A stretch of DNA of 64,000 nucleotides from Halarcobacter sp. (GTDB taxonomy: Bacteria > Campylobacterota > Campylobacteria > Campylobacterales > Arcobacteraceae), in assembly GCA_048571215.1 (NCBI GenBank), contig CP182352.1, positions 3,540,373-3,604,372 of the forward strand, read 5' to 3'. Below are positions 25,610 to 36,000 of the stretch, in pieces. Below the pieces are notes generated by a model that had not been told where the DNA came from, did not search any database, and was given only the letters and a program-made list of their open reading frames with translations. Position numbers and translations under genes: made by a program. The stretch's first letter is position 1, and the number at the start of each line of letters is the position of its first letter.

Positions 25610-27415
25610 ATGCAAGCACTAATACTAGCAGCAGGTACAGGGAGTAGATTAGGTAAATATACAAAAGAAAATACTAAATGTATGTTAGAAGTTAATGGTG
25701 AAACTTTAATTAATCAAGCTCTAGCTAAATTAAATAATGTAGGTATAAAAAAACTAATAATGGTTGTTGGGTATAAAAAAGATAATCTAATTGAACATGT
25801 AGGAAATAGATATAAAAATATTGAAATTGAATATATAGAAAATCCAATTTATAGTACTACAAACAATATTTATTCTTTGTATTTAGCTAAAGATAAGTTA
25901 GCGCAAGATGATACTATATTATTAGAAAGTGATTTACTTTTTGAAGAAAAAATTCTTTTGAATTTAATAAATGATAAAAGAAAGTCATTGGCAGTAGTGG
26001 ATAAGTATCAGGCTTGGATGGATGGAACAGCTGTTACCTTGAGTGATAATGATGATATTTTAGGTTTTTATGGTAAAAAAGCATTTCAGTTTAAAAATGT
26101 TGATAAATATTATAAAACAGTAAATATTTATAAATTTTCAAAAGAGTTTTCTTTAGATGTATATATCCCTTTTTTAGAAGCATATTCAAAGGCAATGGGT
26201 GACAATGAATATTATGAATCTGTATTAAGAGTAGTTTTAATGCTAGAAGACCAAGAGTTAAAAGCTTTAAAACTTAATGGTGAAAAATGGTATGAGATTG
26301 ATGATGTACAAGATAAAGCAAATGCAGAAGTAATATTCTCTAAAAATGCAAAAGATAAATTAAAATTGATTCAAAGTAGATATGGGGGTTATTGGAAGTT
26401 TCCAGAGTTAAAAGATTTTTGTTATTTAGTTAATCCATATTTTCCAACTTTTAAAATGCAAGAGGAGATGAAAGCATATTTTTATGAACTTCTTTCTCAA
26501 TATCCATCAGGGCAATCAACACTAAGACTTCTTGCTGGGAAAATGTTTAAAGTAGAGGCTGAAAATATTTTAGTTGGAAATGGAGCATCAGAGATAATAA
26601 GAGGCTTAGGAAATGCAATTGAGGGAACTTTTGGTTTAGCTTTTCCAACATTTAATGAATATCCTGAAAGTCTAGGTTATAATAGAATAGTTAAATTTAT
26701 GCCAAAAAATGACCAATTTTCTTATGATATAAATGATATGATGAATCTAGCTAATAATTGTGACAATCTATTATTAATCAATCCTGACAATCCAAGTGGT
26801 AATTTTATATCAAAAGATTTTTTATTAGAGCTTGTAGAAAAACTTCAAAAAATAAATAAGAATTTAATTTTAGATGAGTCTTTTGTTGATTTTTCAACAC
26901 AAGGTGAAAAAGAGACTATGATTACACAAAAAATAATAGATAGATATCCTAATTTAATAGTTATAAAAAGTATATCAAAAAGTTATGGAGTTCCAGGTAT
27001 AAGACTTGGAGTTGTAGCAACATCAAATATGAAAATTATGTCAGCACTAGAAAAAGAAGTAACTATATGGAACATTAATTCTTATGGTGAATTTTTCTTA
27101 CAAATTATTGGAAAATATAAAAAAGATTATAATGCAAGTTGTGAAGAGATTTCCATGGAAAGAGATAGATTTTATATTAAACTTCAAGAAATCTCCTATC
27201 TAAAAGTTGTCTCTTCTCAGGCGAATTATTTTTTACTACATGTAAGTGATAAATTTACAGCAACTGAACTCACTGAGTTATTATTATATAAATATGAAAT
27301 TTATATAAAAGACTTGACAGGAAAAATTGGTTTTGAAGATAAACAATGTATACGAATAGCTGTAAGAAGTTATGAAGATAATGAGTTTTTAATTGATAGA
27401 TTAAAAGAGTTATAA
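25610..27415 (+). CDS. Bifunctional LicC/MobA-like nucleotidyltransferase + class I/II PLP enzyme (aminotransferase or CobD-like decarboxylase)
   Basis: N-terminus ALILAAGTGSRLG...MLEVNGETLI. C-terminal half INPDNPSGNF, ILDESFVDF, SISKSYGVPGIRLG (PLP lysine present). Confidence 0.7.
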   Translation: MQALILAAGTGSRLGKYTKENTKCMLEVNGETLINQALAKLNNVGIKKLIMVVGYKKDNLIEHVGNRYKNIEIEYIENPIYSTTNNIYSLYLAKDKLAQDDTILLESDLLFEEKILLNLINDKRKSLAVVDKYQAWMDGTAVTLSDNDDILGFYGKKAFQFKNVDKYYKTVNIYKFSKEFSLDVYIPFLEAYSKAMGDNEYYESVLRVVLMLEDQELKALKLNGEKWYEIDDVQDKANAEVIFSKNAKDKLKLIQSRYGGYWKFPELKDFCYLVNPYFPTFKMQEEMKAYFYELLSQYPSGQSTLRLLAGKMFKVEAENILVGNGASEIIRGLGNAIEGTFGLAFPTFNEYPESLGYNRIVKFMPKNDQFSYDINDMMNLANNCDNLLLINPDNPSGNFISKDFLLELVEKLQKINKNLILDESFVDFSTQGEKETMITQKIIDRYPNLIVIKSISKSYGVPGIRLGVVATSNMKIMSALEKEVTIWNINSYGEFFLQIIGKYKKDYNASCEEISMERDRFYIKLQEISYLKVVSSQANYFLLHVSDKFTATELTELLLYKYEIYIKDLTGKIGFEDKQCIRIAVRSYEDNEFLIDRLKEL

Positions 27416-27446
27416 AAATTATTAAAATTTTGCTAAAGGTTAATCA

Positions 27447-28898
27447 ATGGACGATAGAGTGATGTTATTAAACTCAGATGATATAGCACAAATCACTGGT
27501 GGGGAATGGTTTAATTTAAATGAAACAATAAAGTTTCATGGAATTAGAGTGAATATTAAACGTTTAGAAAAAAATGATATATGCTTTTGTACAAATCCTG
27601 AACAATGGGGTAAAAAGATTGTTAACTCAGAAAAATCGCTTCAGAAGATTTTTGAAAGAGGAGCTAGTGCAGCTGTAATTGTAAATAAAGAACTTGTAAA
27701 TAGTATAAAAAAACCATTATTATTAGTTGAAAATAGTAAAAAAGCTTTAGAAGATATAGCTTTTTATGTTAGAGATAATATTAATATTCCTAGAGTTTTA
27801 GTTACTGGTACAGAAGGTAAAACAGGTTTTAAAAATCAAATTTATTCACTATTGTCAAGACAGATTAATGTACATGCCAAACTCGATAGTTCAAATTTAA
27901 ATGTACCTATAATGTGCTCTTTGGCAAGTTTATCGGAGAATGATAAAGTAGAAATTTTAGAAGCATCTGTTGCAGGTCCAAATGTTGGTGTGACTAGAAG
28001 CAATATAGTAAAACCAGATATATGTGTAATAACACAAGTTGGTATTGCCCATATTACTACTCATGGTTCAGTTGATAATATGATTGAAAATAAAGCATCA
28101 ATAATAGATGCCCTTAAGAAAGATGGTATTTGTATTGTAAATGCAGATAGTGATAATTATGATAAATTAAGAGAAGCTATATATAGAAGAAAATATGTTG
28201 ATATCAAAACCTTTGGAAGTAGTTCTAAATGTAATGCTAGGATAATTGAATCTTCATTTGATAAAAAAGAACTTTTATGGAATGTAAAAGCTAATATAGA
28301 GGGGATAGAACTAGAGTATAAAGTTCCTTTATTGGGTGATTATGTTCCTGTTGCTAGTTTAATACCTTTACTTACGATTCATTATTTAGGCTATGATGTA
28401 AAAAAAGCTGCAGCTGATTTTATATATTTTAAAAGTATGGATACTATGGGTGGATTGAGTGAAATTGTTTGTAAAGATAAAACATTTAGATTTTTTGATC
28501 ATTCTCATAGGGGTTCACTTTTAGGTTATAGCTCTGCTTTAAAAGATTTTGCTTATATGCATCCTAAAAAAAATGGTAAAAAGATTGCAGTTATTGGAAA
28601 TATGATGAATATAGGAAAAATATCAAAAAAAGCTCATGCTGATTTAGTACCTTTAATAGAAGAAGCAAAAGTTGAAAGATTATATACCGTAGGTAAATTT
28701 GCAAAACCAATACATGAAAAACTTAAAGATAAATCAATTTTAATAAATCATGCAGATAAATATCAAGATATAGAAAAACAAATTTTAGCAGATATAGATG
28801 ATGGCGATGTAATTTTTATGAAAGGTAATCATAGAATTTGGTTAAAAGAACTTGCTGCAAAGATATATGATATGGGAGAACGACATGCGATCAGATGA
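27447..28898 (+). CDS. Divergent MurF-type Mur ligase family protein (paralog 3)
   Basis: VTGTEGKTGFKNQ P-loop, VITQVGIAHITTHG, RFFDHSHRG, C-terminal GDVIFMKG as in the paralogs. Confidence 0.7.
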   Translation: MDDRVMLLNSDDIAQITGGEWFNLNETIKFHGIRVNIKRLEKNDICFCTNPEQWGKKIVNSEKSLQKIFERGASAAVIVNKELVNSIKKPLLLVENSKKALEDIAFYVRDNINIPRVLVTGTEGKTGFKNQIYSLLSRQINVHAKLDSSNLNVPIMCSLASLSENDKVEILEASVAGPNVGVTRSNIVKPDICVITQVGIAHITTHGSVDNMIENKASIIDALKKDGICIVNADSDNYDKLREAIYRRKYVDIKTFGSSSKCNARIIESSFDKKELLWNVKANIEGIELEYKVPLLGDYVPVASLIPLLTIHYLGYDVKKAAADFIYFKSMDTMGGLSEIVCKDKTFRFFDHSHRGSLLGYSSALKDFAYMHPKKNGKKIAVIGNMMNIGKISKKAHADLVPLIEEAKVERLYTVGKFAKPIHEKLKDKSILINHADKYQDIEKQILADIDDGDVIFMKGNHRIWLKELAAKIYDMGERHAIR

Positions 28899-29964
28899 TA
28901 ATGTAGATATTTTCTTTTTAGGAGATACGTATTTTGGCGAATGGCATATGAGACTTCGTGGAAGAAAAGGGCAGTCTAATATTTTAGAGGAAAAAGGTTA
29001 TTTACATTTTGGTAAAAATTTTGAAGAAATACTAAGTGATGGTGATGAGGTTCTTATGAATTTAGAATGTACTATTACCGAAATAGAACCATCACCTTTG
29101 AAAGGTACTGAAAAAAAACATCTTTATTCTGCAAGAGCAGAAGGAACAATTTCAGCACTTAAAAAGTTAAATATAACCACATGTATTTTAGCAAATAATC
29201 ATGCGGTAGATTATGGTAAGGCTGGACTTATTGATACTATTACAAATTTAGAAGAAGCTGGTATTAAATATATTGGAGGAGGTAGAAATGAAGCAGAAGC
29301 AGCGGCTCCACTAATATTTCAAAAAAAACTAGGTGATAAAAAATTCAAAGCAGCTATAGTATCAACATACAATTATGGTGTAGCATCTGATAGATATGGA
29401 TTTTATGCAAAGGGTGATATCCCAGGAGTTAATAGAAAAAATTTATCAAAAATTACAGAACAAATTAAAAAAATAAAAGCAAAAGACAATGATATAATGT
29501 ATATTTTGTCTCCCCATTGGGGACCAAATTATGTATGGAGAACTTTTACTCAACAAAAACAAGGTGAAGAATTTATAAGATCAGGTGTTGATTTAATAGT
29601 TGGACATAGTGCCCATATGATTCAGGAAGTTGAATATTATAAAGATAGACTTATAATATATAGTATAGGTAATTTTCTTATAAATGGTAATGGTGAATAT
29701 AAAAGAAGAAGATTGCCACCTTATAGTTTTATAGCAAGATTGAATGTGCAAAATATTGATAATACTTTTGTTAAAAAGATCTATTTATATCCTATATTTG
29801 TTGATAATATGGCAAGTGATTTTACCCCTAGATTTGTAGATAAAAAAGAGTTTATTCATGTAAAAGATATATTAAGAAGTCATGAAATAAGTACAGATAT
29901 ATTTGATAATACAGTAATTTTAGGTCAAGATAAGTTTGGATATTTTTTAGAATATGAAATTTAA
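28885..29964 (+). CDS. CapA/PgsA-family (PGA_cap, metallophosphatase-fold) protein, no obvious membrane anchor
   Basis: FLGDTYFGEW, MNLECTIT, LANNHAVDYGKAGL, SPHWGPNY, VGHSAHMIQEVE, YSIGNFL. Start moved from 28852 to Met12 (ATG 28885), which follows GGAGAA and gives a 14-nt overlap with the upstream gene. Confidence 0.75.
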   Translation: MRSDDNVDIFFLGDTYFGEWHMRLRGRKGQSNILEEKGYLHFGKNFEEILSDGDEVLMNLECTITEIEPSPLKGTEKKHLYSARAEGTISALKKLNITTCILANNHAVDYGKAGLIDTITNLEEAGIKYIGGGRNEAEAAAPLIFQKKLGDKKFKAAIVSTYNYGVASDRYGFYAKGDIPGVNRKNLSKITEQIKKIKAKDNDIMYILSPHWGPNYVWRTFTQQKQGEEFIRSGVDLIVGHSAHMIQEVEYYKDRLIIYSIGNFLINGNGEYKRRRLPPYSFIARLNVQNIDNTFVKKIYLYPIFVDNMASDFTPRFVDKKEFIHVKDILRSHEISTDIFDNTVILGQDKFGYFLEYEI

Positions 29965-30037
29965 TTAAAAAGCAACTTTTAGGCAACTTTTATAATTTAT
30001 AATTAGAAAGATAAGAGTCTATAGTAAGGAATACAAG

Positions 30038-33000
30038 ATGATTAAGCTAATAATTAGACACACAAATGCTGAGATTGAAGAAAAAGTTGTTGAAGATGGT
30101 ATGAAGTTTCAACCATTGGAAGGTGAACAATTCTACTTCATAGGTTCTGATGGTTATACATTTACTTTATCAGGGAATGAATCTACAGTAAATCTTTCTT
30201 TAATGGATGGTAATGAAAGAGTTAGTGTAAGTCTTGATAACATGGCAGATTTAATAAAAGCTAATAATCCTGGAGATGCATTTGCTTTAACTACAGCACT
30301 AGGGGTGTCTTCAACTCCGGATGGTGCAGCTGAAATAGAACAAGCATTAGCAGACCCAAATTTAGAATCAGCACAAATTATAGATGTATTAAAAGAGAAT
30401 TTATCAGAAAGTACTGTTGCAGAAAATGATGGTGCAATTATTGATAACTTTGGTTCATTGGCAGAAGCTCTTGATGCAGCTGCAGCAGGTGCAATACAGA
30501 GTGATCCGACTTTATTTATAGACGAAACTAGAGGGCAAGAAGAAACTCCAGCAGATACGGAGAGAGGTGAACGAATCGAGACTGATACCGACACGGATAC
30601 TGATACAGATACAGATACTGACACGGATACAGATACCGATACTGATACCGACACAGATACGGACACGGACACAGATACAGACACGGATACTGATACAGAC
30701 ACTGACACAGACACTGATACAGATACTGACACGGATACAGATACCGACACAGACACTGATACAGATACTGATACCGACACCGACACTGACACCGATACTG
30801 ATACAGACACAGATACAGACACGGACACAGACACGGACACAGACACGGACACAGACACGGATACAGACACGGATACCGATACCGACACTGACACCGATAC
30901 TGATACAGACACCGATACAGATACTGATACAGACACTGATACAGACACTGATACCGACACAGACACGGATACAGATACTGATACCGACACTGACACAGAC
31001 ACTGATACAGATACAGACACCGATACTGATACTGATACCGATACTGACACAGACACGGATACAGATACTGATACCGATACTGATACCGACACGGATACAG
31101 ATACTGATACCGATACTGATACCGACACGGATACTGACACAGACACCGATACAGACACTGATACAGATACAGACACCGATACTGATACTGATACCGACAC
31201 AGATACTGACACAGACACGGATACAGATACTGATACCGACACGGATACAGATACTGATACTGACACGGATACAGACACCGATACTGATACCGATACCGAC
31301 ACTGATACCGATACAGACACAGATACAGATACTGACACAGACACTGATACTGATACAGACACTGATACTGATACTGATACCGACACGGATACAGATACGG
31401 ACACTGACACAGACACGGACACGGACACTGATACAGATACTGACACAGACACTGATACCGACACGGATACAGACACGGATACAGATACGGATACAGATAC
31501 TGATACTGATACAGATACTGACACGGATACAGATACCGACACGGACACAGACACTGATACAGATACTGACACGGACACTGATACAGATACTGACACAGAC
31601 ACTGATACAGATACAGATACAGATACCGACACTGACACAGATACAGATACAGATACTGATACAGATACAGATACAGATACTGATACAGACACGGATACAG
31701 ATACTGATACCGACACGGATACAGACACGGATACAGATACAGACACGGATACAGATACTGATACTGATACAGATACTGACACGGATACAGATACCGACAC
31801 GGACACAGACACTGATACAGATACTGACACGGATACAGATACTGATACCGACACTGACACAGATACAGACACCGATACTGATACAGACTCTGATTCAGAC
31901 AGTGATACCGATTCGGATTCAGACTCTGACACCGATAGTGATAGTGACTCAGACACTGATTCAGATACCGACAGTGATAGTGATTCAGACACAGACTCTG
32001 ACTCAGACAGTGATACGGATTCTGATAGTGACTCAGATTCTGATTCGGATAGTGATTCAGACTCAGATAGTGACTCTGATTCAGATACTGACACGGATAC
32101 GGACACAGATACCGACACAGACACTGATACGGACGCAGACACTGACACAGACACTGACACGGATACAGATACAGATACGGACACAGACTCTGACTCAGAT
32201 AGCGATACCGATAGTGATAGTGACTCAGACACAGACAGTGATACAGATTCAGACACAGATTCGGATAGCGACTCAGATACAGACTCTGATTCAGACAGTG
32301 ATACCGATTCGGATTCAGACTCTGACACCGATAGTGATAGTGACTCAGACACTGATTCAGATACCGACAGTGATAGTGATTCAGACACAGACTCTGACTC
32401 AGACAGTGATACGGATTCTGATAGTGACTCAGATTCTGATTCGGATAGTGATTCAGACTCAGATAGTGACTCTGATTCAGATACTGACACGGATACGGAC
32501 ACAGATACCGACACAGACACTGATACTGATACGGACACAGACACTGATACCGACACAGACACTGATACGGACACAGACACTGATACCGACACAGACACGG
32601 ATACCGATACTGATACGGACACAGATACGGACACAGACACTGATACAGACACAGACACTGACACGGATACAGATACAGATACGGACACAGACTCTGACTC
32701 AGATAGCGATACCGATAGTGATAGTGACTCAGACACAGACAGTGATACAGATTCAGACACAGATTCGGATAGCGACTCAGATACAGACTCTGATTCAGAC
32801 AGTGATACCGATTCGGATTCAGACTCTGACACCGATAGTGATAGTGACTCAGACACTGATTCAGATACCGACAGTGATAGTGATTCAGACACAGACTCTG
32901 ACTCAGACAGTGATACGGATTCTGATAGTGACTCAGATTCTGATTCGGATAGTGATTCAGACTCAGATAGTGACTCTGATTCAGATACTGACACGGATAC

Positions 33001-36000
33001 GGACACAGATACCGACACAGACACTGATACTGATACGGACACAGACACTGATACCGACACAGACACTGATACTGATACTGATACGGACACAGACACTGAT
33101 ACCGACACAGACACGGATACCGATACTGATACGGACACAGACACTGATACGGACACAGACACTGATACAGACACAGACACGGATACAGATACGGACACAG
33201 ACTCTGACTCAGATAGTGATAGTGACTCAGACACAGACAGTGATACAGATTCAGACACAGATTCGGATAGCGACTCAGATACAGACTCTGATTCAGACAG
33301 TGATACCGATTCGGATTCAGACTCTGACACCGATAGTGATAGTGACTCAGACACTGATTCAGATACCGACAGTGACAGTGATTCAGACACAGACTCTGAC
33401 TCAGACAGTGATACGGATTCTGATAGTGACTCAGATTCTGATTCGGATAGTGATTCAGACTCAGATAGTGACTCTGATTCAGATACTGACACGGATACGG
33501 ACACAGATACCGACACAGACACTGATACTGATACTGATACGGACACAGACACTGATACCGACACAGACACTGATACTGATACTGATACGGACACAGACAC
33601 TGATACCGACACAGACACGGATACCGATACTGATACGGACACAGACACTGATACGGACACAGACACTGATACAGACACAGACACGGATACAGATACGGAC
33701 ACAGACTCTGACTCAGATAGTGATAGTGACTCAGACACAGACAGTGATACAGATTCAGACACAGATTCGGATAGCGACTCAGATACAGACTCTGATTCAG
33801 ACAGTGATACCGATTCGGATTCAGACTCTGACACCGATAGTGATAGTGACTCAGACACTGATTCAGATACCGACAGTGATAGTGATTCAGACACAGACTC
33901 TGACTCAGACAGTGATACGGATTCTGATAGTGACTCAGATTCTGATTCGGATAGTGATTCAGACTCAGATAGTGACTCTGATTCAGATACTGACACGGAT
34001 ACGGACACAGATACCGACACAGACACTGATACTGATACGGACACAGATACTGATACTGATACGGACACAGACACTGATACCGACACAGACACTGATACCG
34101 ACACAGACACTGATACCGACACAGACACGGATACCGATACTGATACGGACACAGATACGGACACAGACACTGATACAGACACAGACACTGACACGGATAC
34201 AGATACAGATACAGATACGGACACAGACTCTGACTCAGATAGCGATACCGATAGTGATAGTGACTCAGACACAGACAGTGATACAGATTCAGACACAGAT
34301 TCGGATAGCGACTCAGATACAGACTCTGATTCAGACAGTGATACCGATTCGGATTCAGACTCTGACACCGATAGTGATAGTGACTCAGACACTGATTCAG
34401 ATACCGACAGTGACAGTGATTCAGACACAGACTCTGACTCAGACAGTGATACGGATTCTGATAGTGACTCAGATTCTGATTCGGATAGTGATTCAGACTC
34501 AGATAGTGACTCTGATTCAGATACTGACACGGATACGGACACAGATACCGACACAGACACTGATACTGATACTGATACTGATACGGACACAGACACTGAT
34601 ACCGACACAGACACTGATACTGATACTGATACGGACACAGACACTGATACCGACACAGACACGGATACCGATACTGATACGGACACAGACACTGATACGG
34701 ACACAGACACTGATACAGACACAGACACGGATACAGATACGGACACAGACTCTGACTCAGATAGTGATAGTGACTCAGACACAGACAGTGATACAGATTC
34801 AGACACAGATTCGGATAGCGACTCAGATACAGACTCTGATTCAGACAGTGATACCGATTCGGATTCAGACTCTGACACCGATAGTGATAGTGACTCAGAC
34901 ACTGATTCAGATACCGACAGTGATAGTGATTCAGACACAGACTCTGACTCAGACAGTGATACGGATTCTGATAGTGACTCAGATTCTGATTCGGATAGTG
35001 ATTCAGACTCAGATAGTGACTCTGATTCAGATACTGACACGGATACGGACACAGATACCGACACAGACACTGATACTGATACGGACACAGATACTGATAC
35101 TGATACGGACACAGACACTGATACCGACACAGACACTGATACCGACACAGACACTGATACGGACACAGACACTGATACCGACACAGACACGGATACCGAT
35201 ACTGATACGGACACAGATACGGACACAGACACTGATACAGACACAGACACTGACACGGATACAGATACAGATACGGACACAGACTCTGACTCAGATAGCG
35301 ATACCGATAGTGATAGTGACTCAGACACAGACAGTGATACAGATTCAGACACAGATTCGGATAGCGACTCAGATACAGACTCTGATTCAGACAGTGATAC
35401 CGATTCGGATTCAGACTCTGACACCGATAGTGATAGTGACTCAGACACTGATTCAGATACCGACAGTGATAGTGATTCAGACACAGACTCTGACTCAGAC
35501 AGTGATACGGATTCTGATAGTGACTCAGATTCTGATTCGGATAGTGATTCAGACTCAGATAGTGACTCTGATTCAGATACTGACACGGATACGGACACAG
35601 ATACCGACACAGACACTGATACTGATACGGACACAGACACTGATACCGACACAGACACTGATACTGATACTGATACGGACACAGACACTGATACCGACAC
35701 AGACACGGATACCGATACTGATACGGACACAGACACTGATACGGACACAGACACTGATACAGACACAGACACGGATACAGATACGGACACAGACTCTGAC
35801 TCAGATAGTGATAGTGACTCAGACACAGACAGTGATACAGATTCAGACACAGATTCGGATAGCGACTCAGATACAGACTCTGATTCAGACAGTGATACCG
35901 ATTCGGATTCAGACTCTGACACCGATAGTGATAGTGACTCAGACACTGATTCAGATACCGACAGTGACAGTGATTCAGACACAGACTCTGACTCAGACAG

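Noticed and set aside
28852-28884. Upstream starts given in the ORF track for several genes (28852, 44698, 49818, 55586).
   Set aside because: In each case a downstream ATG has a better Shine-Dalgarno-like sequence. It also yields a sensible N-terminus (a lipoprotein signal at 44719, a TM start at 49836) and a short overlap with the preceding gene. The extended versions would overlap upstream genes by up to about 47 nt.
16480-29964. Classical poly-gamma-glutamate (pgsBCA/capBCA) operon.
   Set aside because: Only the CapA-like component is present, and it lacks a membrane anchor. The ligases are MurF-like rather than PgsB-like, and no PgsC is present. The cluster is therefore kept as an unclassified ligase set.
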